Assembly: GCF_009834535.1 (NCBI RefSeq)
Contig: NC_045707.1
Span: 52,144,001-52,208,000 of the forward strand
DNA: 64,000 nt
Reading direction: 5' to 3'
Source: Camelus ferus
Lineage: Eukaryota
Shown piece after piece: positions 40,410 to 53,834 of the stretch. How positions within the stretch are numbered: position 1 is the stretch's first letter; every line of letters begins with the position of its first letter. The notes beneath the pieces are model-generated. The model saw nothing but the letters and a program-made list of their open reading frames with translations, did no database searches and had not been told where the DNA came from. The position numbers were made by a program, and so were the translations under genes.

Positions 40410-40957
40410 ATTATTTTAGTAATCTACTTCTGTGTGACAAATAATCTCAAAGATTAGTAGTAAAAAAAAAAATTTATTATCTCCTGGTTTCTATGGGTCA
40501 GGAATCCAGGTGCTGCCTAGGTGAGTCATTGGGTCTCATGAGGCTGCAGCCATTTCAAGGCTCAGCGGAAAAAAAAAAAAAAAAGTTTTTTATGTCATGG
40601 CTGTTGGCGGGATTCAGTTCCTTGCTGACTGTTGTGAGGGTTTAGTTGCTGATTCTTGGCCAGAAGACACCTTCAGTTTCTTGCCCTATATACCTCTCCA
40701 CAGAGCATCACATAACATCAGGGCAAGTAAGCAAGAGAACAAGAGAGAATGCCAACGAGATAGAGCTTACTAGCAAAACAGAAGAAATGATCTTCTGTAA
40801 CTTAATCATAGAAGGGACAGCCCATCACTTTGACTTTTTCTGTCATTTAGAAACAAGTCTCTAGGTCCAGCCTACACTTAAGGAGAGGCATCATACAAGG
40901 ATGTAAATATCAGGAAGCAAGTACCACTGGATACCATCTCAGAAGCTGCCTACCACA
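40410..40957 (-). mobile_element. MLT1 (E/F-like) solo LTR
   Basis: gtttctatgggtcaggaatccagg...tggctgttggcgggattcagttccttgc...ccatctcagaagctgcctaccaca. Confidence 0.8.
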
Positions 40958-40959
40958 GG

Positions 40960-41990
40960 ACTGACTGAAGCAGCAAGGAAGCCAGTGTGACTAGAACTGA
41001 GGATGAGGAAATGTGTAAAGGAGGATATTGGAGAAATAACAAGAGTTAGATTCATGTATATACATTACCTAATTATAGAACTTGGACTTTTAAGTGAAGG
41101 TAGAGCAGTCATAGGACTTTGAACAGAGGTGACTGATAATGCAACTTACATTTTTGAAAGACATCTCAGGCCCCTGCATTTATATATTAATAAAATTTGA
41201 TATATATGTAAAATATACATTTATATGGGAATGGGGATGGTTGGAGTAAAGAGATAAGTTATGAGACTCCAGAAGGAATTTAGGAAGATGTGATAGTATA
41301 TTGGGTACAATGCTAGAAATGAAAAATTGAATGGTTGTATTCAGGAAAAATATTCAAAACAGTTAAGTTGAGGGTATGCGATTAAGAGATACAAACGACT
41401 ATGTATGAAGTAGATAAGTAATACAGATATATTATACAGCACAGGGAATATACCACTATTTTGTAATAATTTGAAGTATAGCCTATAAAATATTGAATCA
41501 TGATGTTGTACACTTGAAACTAATATAATAGTAGACCAACTATACTTCAATTGAAAAAATAGAGTTAAGAAGATTTTATGATAGACTAAATGGCCAGTAT
41601 GAAGGAAAAAGAAGATCAAATGTAATTCCAGTTTTGACCTTCAAGTTTCTTGGCCAGTAAACCTACAAGGATAGAGTTACCATCAGCTGCCATGGGAAAG
41701 GTCGTATTTGTAGTAGGTTATCTTTTGGGGAGGAGGGATCGAGTAGTTCAGTTTTGAATATAAACACAAACACATAGTGGAAGTGCCAAGTAGACAGTAG
41801 AATATACCGATTTTGAGTTAAGGAAATACTTTTTTGGCCGTGCATATACATTTGAGACATGCCACTGTTTACCTAAAAAAATAGAGGGGAGAATAGCAAG
41901 GGGATAGAGGAACTACAAGTATAGAACCTTGGTCATCCCAACATTGAATAATGTGGAGAAAGATAAAAATCTAATTCAGAGTAAATAACA
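40960..41990 (-). mobile_element. L2 fragments interrupted by an L1 tail
   Basis: agcaaggaagccagtgtgactagaa...gactttgaacagagg...gagttcagttttgaata-type L2 motifs. Confidence 0.55.
41365..41560 (+). mobile_element. L1 3'UTR tail
   Basis: attaagagatacaaacgactatgtat...acagcacagggaatata...caactatacttcaattgaaaaaa. Confidence 0.85.
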
Positions 41991-42994
41991 AAGATGCTCC
42001 CTATTTAAATTAACTTGAGCTTTTCCTAATCTACCATGGAACTACTTTGGCTCAAGAGCTATGGTACATTTAGATTTCTCCGAATTAAGAGAGACTACTC
42101 CCTTATTTTCAAATGCTACGAAGAAGCCTGGAAACATTATTTCAGCTGGTAGTAGAAAAGATAAACACTTCTCAATTGAATAGAAAGCTATTTTCAGTTA
42201 TTACCCATTCATTAAATTATCTATCTGAAAATATGTATTTATTTTTACAGAACTATATATTCAACATATAAACATATAAATTATACAATGATTTATAACA
42301 TGTAAAAAAGAAAATTCTGAATTAACTCTTTGAATTATTACATATATTTGTGTATGTATATGTATAATTTAAAATATGGACTCAGAATGTTATTAAAAAG
42401 GTCCAAATATAACACTGATTATAAAATACAGAAGTTATTTTACAGTCTGAAAGTACACAACACAAAACTCTTCCTAAAGGCTGATGTGATGCTACTTCAT
42501 TGTGTCCTGTTGTATTGCCACCCTCAACATGGAACTTCCTTCTCTGGGTCTGAGACAGCTACTGTGACTCTCACATCATGTGCACACTAAGACTTTGGGG
42601 AGGAGAAATAAATAAGGTCTTTTTTTCTTTTAAGGACACAGATGGGAAGTTGAATATGTTGCTTTCATTTATTTTCCCTGGCCCTAAACTAGTCTTTGAT
42701 CACATGGGGCTTCTAAGAATGATGAGAAATATAATCTGTATGTACATTAATGAATTTAGGGGGAGTTACCAGTTTTCGACGTCAGCTAGGAAAGCATTAG
42801 CCATAGCAAAGTCTTACGGTACTATATGTGAATAAAATACAGAAATATTATTGATGTCTTATATTCAACTTAGTAAATGCACATAAATATCTGCAGATTA
42901 GTGAAAAGTATACAACCTGGAATTTTATAGATATAAATAGAAATTAGGTGAGTTTCTAAATACTTAGTAGCATATAGAAATGAAAGTATGCTTT

Positions 42995-43240
42995 CAGGAG
43001 AAAGAGCACAGGCCATTGATACAGAAAACCCAGAGTTGATCCTTGACTCCATAATTTACCAGCTACTTGACTTATGGTAAATTACCTTATTTATATGAGA
43101 CTCAGTTTTCTCAACTGCAATAAAGGGTAAACTAATTCTACTGCCTCTCTCAAGGAGTTACTAGATGATCCAAGAAAGTATTGTGGATGTTGAAGCATTT
43201 TATATAGTACACTGTATTATGTAAATAAAATATATTATTT
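42995..43240 (+). mobile_element. MIR SINE
   Basis: gaaagagcacagg...atttaccagctacttgactt...ctcagttttctcaactgcaa. Confidence 0.65.
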
Positions 43241-45169
43241 GTATATGAATAGTAAACTGACTTGACTCACAACAGGATCATAAGTTTGTTTGCCAAAAGT
43301 AAGTGAAATGGTATTAGTACTTAATAAATAATCAATTAATTCTTATTTTTACAGAGGGGAACAATAATATTCTTTGTGTGAATGCTAATTCAATATTAAT
43401 AATTTTATAGAATATATTCTCTGTAGAGAAATGAATTGAGTAAACAAATAGAAAGTACTTATTTGGAAAAAACTGAAGATATTTAGATAGATTTATTTTG
43501 TTTTTATAAATGTTGAAGGATTAGATCTTGAGGAGCTTATTTTCATAAATATTTTCTGTAAGAACATCTGCAAAAATTTGAATGCACAATCATCAAAGTA
43601 AAATTTTAGTGCAAATGAATTAGGTGTAAACTGAGAGTATAGATGGTCGTTTGAAAGGCTGATGTTATAATCAAATATAAGCAGGTGCACATATTTGAAT
43701 GATCATTACTTCCATATTCAGTAATTTCAATATAAAATCATTTTAAGAAGTATAGATGCAATTTTCTCTATCCTCACTGCTTATCTCTTCTTACTTAAAT
43801 ACTGCAAATGATTCTTTAATGTTTAAGTAAACAATTTGCCTCTAACTTTAGAGAGTTTCATTAGATTAGCAGAAGACTGAGCAGCAGCCCTGTATGACAG
43901 TCTGTGTAGTTAAACTGCCCCATATTCTCCAAATCACCTAGTAAACTTTGCTTAAAATCATCAATGAGGTATCAAGGAGAAAAACCATGTAAAGCTACTT
44001 CCCAGTCATACCATCTTACAGTGTGGCAACACCTGTGAAGAAGCTAGATGATGAACCAAACTTAAAAAGTACCTAGAGAGAAGGCTGGCTAAATTAAAAA
44101 CTCATTATCACCATGTTGCTGATTTCTTAAGTAATAACAACATTTCTGAAATAGCATAAAGAACTGGATATAACTAGTTAATTATAAGAAAACTGTAACA
44201 TACTGATTTAAATAAAGAATTTTATTATGCATTTTAAACCTTATGTTGTGCATTCATTTCTACTTATCAGTGTCTGCAGATCATAGTTCCAGTAGATACA
44301 GATGCACAAAAAATTAGCCAAATAAGGTAGTATTTTACTTAACATAAGATGGGGAGTTATATGATCATTCTCTTTTTTCTATATTCATTAAGCACATAAT
44401 TATTATGTTTGTATTCTTGCTGTACATGGTGGATACTAAGCAAGGAATTAAAACAAAGTTCTTAAAATTAAAAGTTCAAAATGAAAATGTTATGGGTGAA
44501 TCTAACGTAATTTATGGGTCAGGAAAGATATGCCTGAAAAATTAATCTTTAAGTCAAGTTCTGATGGAGAAATAGGAGCTTCCAAAGACAAAGTCTGAAA
44601 AGGTTATTAGGGATAAGGTGTCCGTGGCAAGGGTGATAACATATAGAGAAGCCTAGAGGCAAAGGAAATTCCAGATGTGTGTCAGAAACTATAGAAAATT
44701 GAATAGAACTTGGACCCAGTGCAAAAGTGTTGAAAGATAGGAAAGAAATAATCTACTCTGGGCAAGATAGCATGCAAAATAAGATTCCAAGCAAAATATT
44801 GACTAATACAGATTTCCATTATGTGGACAGTTTTTCTTATTTTTCAAATGATTATTCAATGTTGTATTTTTTTAATTTAATGTCTTTTTTTTAGATATTT
44901 TGATGAAAATTCTATAATGAATGTATGGCCATTAAGTTAATTTCTTCTCAGTTGCCCCTACCTACACAAAACAAAAAAGAACAGAGGGTCTCAGCTGGAC
45001 TCTAGACCCAATAAGAGTTGGTTCTGTGTCCAATTTGTTGCAACCATCAGAATTGCAGACCTGGATCCCGGAGGGCATGAAAATGCCACAGACCTAGTCA
45101 CTGCAAACAGAGGTGTTCCAAATGCTGTTTGTTGTCAGTGTTTTCTATCATCCGTCTCCATCTTCTCCA

Positions 45170-45290
45170 CCAGATCATGATTTTATCTTGAAGGCAGGAA
45201 CCACGTCTTAATCTTCTTTATAAGCAATTCAGTACTAAGCACAGTGCCTGAAAGTAACAGGTGCTCAGTAACTATTTATTGAATGAATGG
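45170..45290 (+). mobile_element. L2 3' terminus
   Basis: cttgaaggcaggaacc...cacagtgcctg...ggtgctcagtaactatttattgaatgaatg. Confidence 0.8.
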
Positions 45291-47752
45291 CTACATTTTT
45301 TTTAAGTTTGAAAAATTCTTATAAGTAAATTCTAACAGTGTATTTCCTCATGTAGAACAACTATTGCTAAAGACACATTATGTTTAATATATTCCGGAAA
45401 GTCACAAGCCCGTTTTATAGTGAACTAAACTTCTGTTATATCAAGGAATGCATGCAATATCAGTTATTTTAATGCCCATATTAGTTTAAACTGAGCCTTT
45501 CACCATCTGTTCCAACTCTTAAACCGTGGATGCAAACGAACACATTTCCCTATTACATTTGTAAAATGTAATATATAAATGATTTAAATACAGTTATATA
45601 CTCTATATACTCATGAAGTAATGCTGCATGCAGCTGGAATGGGGCTCCCTTATGTTACAAACAGAAATAATAAAGCAGAAAGCCTGCTTATCCCTGACAC
45701 AGAGTCTGAGGCTCTATGACTTTTTGTAATAGCAGTGGAAGGTCAGGTGTTGACTATAGCACAAAATTGATTTTTCTCAGTAACAAATTTCATTTATAAA
45801 CTACAATTCCGCCCATCCTCATTTTGTTAAACTGTTCATGAGTGCATTTTAATTTCTCTAAGAAATTCACATAATTCTCTGAAGTCCTTGGATAATGAAC
45901 ACTTGTGTCCCTATTGGAATTCTGAGTGCACTTTGTGAAACTTTATCGATTTTGCTGTGGATTCTTTGCACTGAGGCATAAAGTCCCACCAAAATAATTG
46001 TTTACTGAGACCGATTATAGTCATCCATATAACCAGTGGCAAGAAGACATTTTAAAATTTAAGAAACATGTTTTATTTGGCCTACCTACATTGGTAACTT
46101 ACTGCAAAAATAATCAAAAAGGAAAATAAAATGTGTACTTTAGTGCTGTTTGTCATATCTGTATTCATTCACAATGATAAACATGTGAATGGGTTTGAGA
46201 CCTACAATTTTCCAGAGAGCTATATTCATGGAAAGGACATGAAGCATAATAAGTATGTATGTTTTATACTTTAAGGGGTAGAGGAACAAGAGTTGAGGGA
46301 AAAAACATGCCAAGACTTTAAAACTCTTTTGTATTGTGTTCAGAGAACATCTTTTCCCTCCCCCACCACAAATAGAACGAGACATGTCTCATCTGCGTGT
46401 AACTGATAATGTATGCAATTTCTGCCATGGCCTAGTTAATTACTGATATTTAGTGACAGTATTTTTTAATATAGCAAGGACAAAAAATTTAAGTATCATT
46501 TCTGTGAATTTAACTGGTGGCTCTCAAACGCTTTATTTACAAAATACATTGCTCAGGGAAGAAAAACCTAACAGACTGTATTTTACCTATTGGAGTTAGC
46601 TTCAGCTTTATAGACAGTCTTTAACATGTTGTTTTCTATTATTCAAGATAAACTCTGCACATATAAACACATAATACAGACACAGACACAGACACAGGCA
46701 CACACACTACCCTGTAATGTGGCATAAATATTTTAAGACTGTAGGAAGTAGTTCAGAAAAAGGCCATAGAAATTCTGTCAGAAAAAAACAGCTGGGTATT
46801 AAATTTAAATGTGATATTCTCAATGTATTATTTTCTATTTAAGTGACAATTTAACTACCTGTACAATGATGGTGTATTTTTGCTTTTTCCTGATTCCATA
46901 ATCATAACGCTAAAAATGGTGTTCTGTTGAATTAGGCAGCAGAGACCCACCATAGGACAGTTTGCCTCCTCCTGCTGTAACTCCTGTCGAGGAGATTGAA
47001 GTGTTTAGAGAACAGGTGTATTTCATACAAACTCAGCCCGCTTTACCACTCAAGATGTCTCTAGGGTTGAAGAATTGAATTATAAGTCTTCAAAACATAA
47101 TGTCAATATCTAAGTAAATAAAGGTGTCTGAAAACCATCAAATATAAGGGATAAACATTTTAAAATAGGAGGCTACTGAAGAGTGGGTTCTTTATATAAT
47201 AGTTGGTGTTATGTATTCTTTATTCAGATAAATTTACTCTAAGCCTCAGTTTCCTTACTGTCCCAGGTGAGAGTAGAGAAGGAGACAAGGAAAGGGGTTT
47301 ATTTCTGTAGGTAAGATTGTAGATACTCCTTCACTCTAACATTTACTTCGACCTAAGAACCATATGGGTCAATTATAGTACATACAGGCTTCTCTGCTTA
47401 TCTGTTTTCATTCCTGACATGAGGTGTCAAGGTGCAGTTCTCATCTGGAGGCTTAAGACCTTCTTCAACCATAACTGCTTGTTGGTATATTTTATTTCCT
47501 GGTGACGATATGAGTGAAGTCCTTATTTTCATGCTAGCTGTTGGCCGGAGACTTGTTTTTGGCTTCCAGGAGGCAGCCTCCAGTTCCTCCCAGTGGTGCC
47601 CATAGGCAGGCTATTTGCTTTCTCCAAACAACCAGGAGTCGCTCTGACATTTCACTTAAGTGTCGTCTGATTAAGCCACCCATGATAATCCCCCTTTTGT
47701 TAATTCAAAGTGAAGTGATCTTTAACCTAATCACCAGAGTGATATTCCTGTC

Positions 47753-48064
47753 TGTAAGGACAACGGAGTCAGAGTCCCGCGTGGACTTCCGGCACCTAGT
47801 GACTGAGCGGTTTTATCCCGCATGCGCAGTACCCACGCGTTGTTACGTAACAGATGACGTGCGCTACGCAAGTGCACTGGTTAGCCCGTAGCTCATAGCT
47901 GGGTGGGTTCTGGCTTTGTTCGCCTTCCTGTGTAAGGCGTGCGGGAGTTGCCACCACCGCCGCCATTGAAGCCTGTGCACTCCGCTCGGCGAAAAAGGCA
48001 GCGCGCGTGTTCTTAGGTCTGCCCGAATCCGTGAACCTGCCAGGCTTTGAGCACCTGCAGTACG
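47753..48064. mobile_element. 312-bp CpG-rich insertion, probable young solo LTR (family not recognised)
   Basis: Perfect 5-bp TSD ctgtc at 47748-47752 and 48065-48069; termini TGTA...TACG (TG...CA with one change); ~28 CpGs by hand count. Confidence 0.75.
47785..47967. promoter_or_regulatory. Cluster of CpG-island promoter-type motifs
   Basis: ETS acttccgg 47785, NRF1-like cgcatgcgca 47819, palindrome tgttacgtaaca 47841, CRE half-site tgacgt 47855, YY1-like ccgccatt 47960. Activity not shown. Confidence 0.45.
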
Positions 48065-50327
48065 CTGTCAGAGTCACAGATTCTGGCTACATTCACCAGA
48101 ACGGGATTATACAGTGTGTCACTTCAGGTACAGGAATCTTGGGAGCCACTTTAGAAACCTGCTTATCACATTAATGATAGCATGAAACCTTCTTTATTAA
48201 CGTTTTTTCTTTAAACTTTATCTCATTCCTGTAAAAGTTCTAGTTTGTGTATGTATTATAATGTACATATTCTATTAGTGTAATAATACTTTTATGATTC
48301 ATAAATATATGTTTATGTTGGGATAAGTTCTCAAAATGTCTTACTATTTGATCACTTCTCTAAGAACTGAGTGTAGTGTTGAGGCTGTTTTGATGTGTGG
48401 AAATGTTATTTTTAGAAAACTAGAAGGTCATTGGAAATGGCATCTGAAAACTTTCCTCACTCCTTGAATTACTATCTCTAAAATTGGAGCCACAGTCAAA
48501 TAGCTTGGCTTTGTTGTTCATGCATTCCAAAAATATTCTGTACATTATTTAAAAAGTGTGTTCATAAATAGCTTCCACAAAAAGAGACGAAAAATTGCCT
48601 GCTGGAATTAATAATATGGGATGATTACTGTTTCCCCACTTTTGACATTTTTCTCAATCTGAAAGTACTCAGTAATATTCATTCCACATGTAGAGTTCGT
48701 ACCTGTTAATGGCTTTTCCACTCTCTTAAGTATAGCCTTCCTGAATCGTGGAAAGTAGACTGGATATGTGTGAAATCATCTCATATAATGACAAGCACGC
48801 ATTGTGCTTCAGTGGGTAATTGTTGTCTTTCTTCTCGTTCTATACTTTCAAATGAAGATTTAGTACTGTCCTTATCCATGTAAATATTAAATGCAAATAA
48901 AGCCTAACAACGAGGTTAAGGAAGATTCAGGATGATACCATACGGAGAACTGGCAAGCTGTGGGAATCAGATATTACCAAGAAAAACGCTGGTTGCACTT
49001 TTGAGAGCTTGTAGGGAAGGGACGGCAAGGATTATGGGGACTATTCAGACAGTCAAGGTAGTGAAGCCTAGAATTCTGGTTGGAGATGTGGAATAAAATA
49101 AACACTTAAAAATGAGGCATGTTTTAGTTTCACAGTCTCTAATGATTGTAAGTGTTCAATCTAATAGTTTAAAGGTATTCGTATCTACTCTTCTAAAATG
49201 AATCTAAAGTGGCTGCTAAAATACTGTAGGTAGCTAATAACAGATTGCTCACCTTTAAAAATAATACTCAATTCAGAGCTTTATGAGTTATTTTCTATGT
49301 TTGCCATTAGTAGGTTTTTTCCTTCTAATTTTGCTCTTTGCATTGACAATAAAAAAAATATAGTCTATGGTTTTTTTACTTTAAACCTCTAGCTCTTTAA
49401 AAGTACTAATTTAAAAATATTTTTAAAGTATTTTATGGCGATAGATGTTCACATGGCTTATTGCACACTGAACTATGTGAAGAGAGGGGAGAGAGAAAAA
49501 TCTGTGATCCTATTTATTATTATTCTGTTTTTGGTTTTTAACAAGGTTCTACTTAAACAGTATGTTTTGGTTTTTCCTAGAGGTCCCATCATTCCTTGAG
49601 TGGATGGGAATAGGAGCAATTACTGACAGACTCATCCTCAGCCATGGTCCCTCCAGTCTAAAACCTATGACTAGAATTCTCTCTGGCTGAATAAATTAAC
49701 ATGCTATTTTCTTCTCCTTTAAAACCAAGATGACATTTCAACTATACTATATTGAAAAATAACTTTCCAAATCAGAAAATCACCCACATATGAATATTTT
49801 TTATTATGTCCTGAAAGCAAGTGGACAGCAGTAAACCAGAAATAACATTATCTTTCCAGCAGGGTATGGCATGGCTTAGCTGAAATGAATGTATTCAAAA
49901 GTAAAATCAAGCACTTTCACTGAAACAATCAGAAAAAATCTATTATTTTTAAATTACCATTTTAATCCTCGCTTTGATGCCATTTTTCTATCAGATCAGT
50001 AGGATTGAGTATTAATTTGCATGTTGCCTTTCATTAATTTTCTGTTGTGTGCTTTGGAAAAGTTAAGTAATGAAAGTTAAATAATGAAAACTGATATGCT
50101 TAAATTGGGCAAGAAATATATATATATATTTATATTTCAGCACTGTAAGTAGAATACCAGTTATAAAATTCTTTAATTCTATTTAAATGAAATGGTGATC
50201 TGTTAAACTCAATAATTCAAGGGAAATTTTTTAAAAACTGAATCTCCCTTGAAATTATAATCCTGTCATAGATTATCTATTTTATATATATATATATATA
50301 TAATACATATGTATGTGTGTATCCTAG

Positions 50328-50500
50328 AGCAGTGAATTCTAAAACTGATGACTGTCATAGTCACTTAAGTTGATTGAAATAGGGGTTTCCTGAGCTATTT
50401 TGCCTACCTGAGAGTCCAGTGCAGTCACTCTGCAATAGGGTCCAGGAATTTGGATTTTAAAAATGCACCCCAAGTGTTTCTTGTGAAGGTAGTTGAGTGC
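50328..50500. mobile_element. MER5-like DNA transposon
   Basis: cagtgaattctaaaactg...ggggtccaggaatttggattttaaaaatgcaccccaagtg-type motifs. Confidence 0.55.
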
Positions 50501-51439
50501 CTGTCAGTAGTGGAATAACTATTTACCAGATAGTGAAGTTTCTAACAGACTTTCCTGGTAAATCATAAGATAAAGAGGAAAGATAATACAAGATTCCTAA
50601 AAGATTTTACCTTATGCAGCTTTTTAAATGTGCATTTTTAACTTGGTCCACCAAGCTATCCTCAGGGGTCATACCAGGATCCTCTGCCTGTTGCAGACGA
50701 ATTTGCCTACTTCCCAGGTTTTCCTTAATAAAAGGATGAAAGAGAAGTTGGCTAAAGTAGACGTATTCTGGATCAAAAATTTAAAACAGATTAAACTCTA
50801 CCTCTGTTTTGTGACTCTCTTAATTCACCAGGATCATATTGCATAATCAAAGCCCTCTTAAAATGGAGAACTCCAATTATTATAATCTTAGTCATTCTTG
50901 AAAAATTTCCTTTCTGGCAGAGTGCTGAGTAAAAGAACAATACCAGACCTTGCCAGAAAGACTAGGAACATGCCTGGATATTTGAAAACTAAATATTATT
51001 AATTTTAGGAATTCAAAAACACCACTTACAAAATAACTTGAATCTGTAAGATTGTCCTCCATTTTTTCCTGCAAGCATGGATATGTGACTTTACTTATGT
51101 ATTTTCCAATTTTAAAACTATTGTTTTTGTAATTTTATATATACACATATTCAGAGTCTTTTCAAAGGTAAGAGTGGGAGCCTCTCTGTGATGCTTTTCA
51201 TCAGATTTTTTTCCCTAAAATCTCATTTTCAGAGAATTATGTTTGGAAAGACTTCATTGTCCCTATGAAGGAAGAGCCTTTTTTTTGGTATTATTTTTCC
51301 TTTTTGTATTTTCAGAAATAGTAAGAGGCTTAAAAAGTCCCATTTTCCTAGTAAAATAATGTCAAAAGGAAATTTTGTAAATTCCATTAAGCAGTCAAAG
51401 CAAAATAATTATTAATAGTAAAAAAAGCCTCGAATCCCA

Positions 51440-51850
51440 TCTAATTTGGAATGGATAAATTAGATACAGTTTAGTCATACAATGCAATAGTATACAAAAA
51501 TGAAATGAACAAACATCTGCTACATGGGAAAGCAGTATTAAATCTTACATTTAGAATGTTTTTCAAAAGAAGTCATACATAAAATAATTCCTATGGTGTT
51601 ATTCCAATATGAAGAATTTCATATGAAAAAAGCAGACAAAGTTAGTAACAGAAGTGAGAAGAGTGGTTACTGTAGGATGGTGGGGAAGAGGGATGCCCGG
51701 AAGGGACCATAAAGCAGGATTTTATGCCCCTGGACATAGTCTGTAATTCAATTCGTTTAAAAAAACTGGATCAACAAATATATTAACTTTTTAAAAGTTC
51801 ATTAAGTTGTACAGTTAAGAATTGTTCACCTCATTTTATGTGGGTATTTG
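51440..51850 (+). mobile_element. Old L1ME-type 3' fragment
   Basis: aatggataaattag...catacaatgcaatagtatac...gaagtgagaagagtggttac. Confidence 0.6.
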
Positions 51851-51875
51851 TTGTTTTTTAATTATCTTCTTCAAA

Positions 51876-53165
51876 TTAAAATTTTATTTTTTTCACAGCA
51901 GTTTTAGATTCACAGCAAAATTGAGGGGAAGGTACAGAGATGTCCCATATACATGTCCCCGCACATGCATAGCCTCCTCCAGTAGCAACATCCTCCACTA
52001 GAGTGGTACATTTGTTACTATTAATGAACCTACATTGACACGTTATCACCTCAATTGTATAGGTTATATTATAGTTCACTCTTGGTATTGTACATTCTGT
52101 GTGTTTGGACAAATGTATAATGGCATATATTCATCATTATTATATCGTACAGAATATTTTCACTGCCCTAAGAATCCTTTATGCTCCAGTTCACCCTTTG
52201 TCCCTACCCCCAACCACTGATTTTTTTTATCATCTCTATAGTTTTACTGTTACCATGAATTGTCCAGAATGTCATATAATTGGTATCATACAGTATACAG
52301 TCTTCTCAGATTAACTTCTTTACTGATTTGCATTGAAAGCCATGACTTTCATGGCTTGATTGTTCATTTCATTTAGCACTGAATAATATTCCAGTGTCTA
52401 GATATACCACAGTTTCTTTATCCATTCACATACTGAAGGACATTTTTATTGCTTCCAAGGTTTAGAAATTATAATTAAAGTTGCTATAAATATCTGTGTG
52501 CAAATTTTTATCTGATCATTACCCCCATGAACCACAGCAGTGACACAGTTGGGGAACATGGGGAGGGGGAAGGGCTCTCGTGGAAGAGGAAGGGTTCTCA
52601 CCCTCTTGCCAGGGACTTGGTTTTTAACTTTGCTTTTTTGTAGACAAGTTCTGAAAGAAAACCAATAAATGTACCTAAACCATCAAAAAAAAAAAAAAAA
52701 TTTCAAGTCCTCTAGGTAAATACCAAAGAATATTGCTAGATTATATGCCAAGAGTATGTTTAGTTTTGTAAGATACCATCTGTTTTCCAAAGCTGCTGTT
52801 TTGTTTTGCGTTCCTACCAGCAGTGTGTGAGAATTCCTTGCCAGCATATGGTGCTGTCAGTGTTCTGGACTTTGACTATTCCAACAAATGTGCAGTGGTA
52901 TCTTGTTGTTTTACTTTGCATTTCCCTGATGACATATGATGTGGAGCATCTTTTCCTATGGAGCAGCATTTGCATCTGTCTCTCTTCCCTGTTGAGGTAT
53001 CTATTAAAGTTTTTGGCCTATGTTTTAATCAGGTTATTTCTTACATGTTGAATTTTGAGAGTTCCTTGTATATTTTGGATAATAGTCCTTTATCAGATGT
53101 AGCTTTTGCAAATATTTTCTCCCTGTTATGGCTGTCTGTTCATTGCCTTGACATTGTCTTCTAAG
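51876..53165 (-). mobile_element. L1MC-type 3' region interrupted by a retrocopy
   Basis: gcagttttagattcacagcaaaattgaggggaaggtacagagatgtcccatatac...ttgcatttccctgatgacatatgatgtggagcatc. Confidence 0.85.
52516..52700 (+). pseudogene. Retrotransposed mRNA 3'-end fragment (parent unknown)
   Basis: Non-L1 G-rich sequence, AATAAA at 52664-52669, 15 nt, then A16 at 52685-52700; host L1 resumes on both sides. Confidence 0.65.
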
Positions 53166-53834
53166 GAGTTTATTTGTTAGATGATACACATGAATGTTGG
53201 TTGGCACCCCAAGGTATTCAAAAGTGGAAGCTGAAGGCCCTAATAAGAAGAAGATATGCAGAAAGAAGAAAAAATAACTTACGTGATATGTAAAGCACTC
53301 AAATTAGCACCTAGCACATAGAAAGGATTCAACAAACATTAACTGCTACAATAATGAGAAAAAGTAAAAAGAAGAAAGAAGAAAATGGGGCAAGGAGACA
53401 GGCATAATTGAGAGCAGAGAAAAGTCAGAGGAAAATAAAAGGAGCAAAAAAAGGAAATAGAAATAGTATTAACTGTGACTATTGCCATTCAAATTCAATT
53501 TTCATTTAACTGTCATTTTTTTTGCATGCTACTTTATAGTGTTTTATTTTATAGTGATACTCAATGTTGTCATGTACTATTATTATGTTTGTTTAAAATC
53601 TTTAAAACTAATAAGAAGACCAGCTTATTTATTATGAAGGAGTTTATTATATTCCATTAAGAGATTATTATCATAAGCTTTTTATGTAAGTACAGTTTTG
53701 TGCATACTTAATTTAATTAAGTTTTGGAATCTGTGCAGATGAGTTAAAGGGATAAGTGTGTGCTTTGACAAATATTTCACAGAGAAGATGAAGTTCTAAA
53801 TGATATGAAAGAATAAGGTATGAAGGACCATCTT

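Larger units (their letters stand above)
47385..48170 (-). mobile_element. MLT1 LTR interrupted at 47752/48065
   Basis: gttctcatctggaggctt...gctagctgttggccggag...taacctaatcaccagagtgatattcc | ...gggattatacagtg...ggaatcttgggagccactttagaa. Confidence 0.75.

Noticed and set aside
47541..48077. Overlapping 116-aa and 93-aa ORFs
   Set aside because: They span the MLT1/insert junctions and are explained by local GC richness; no protein similarity recognised.
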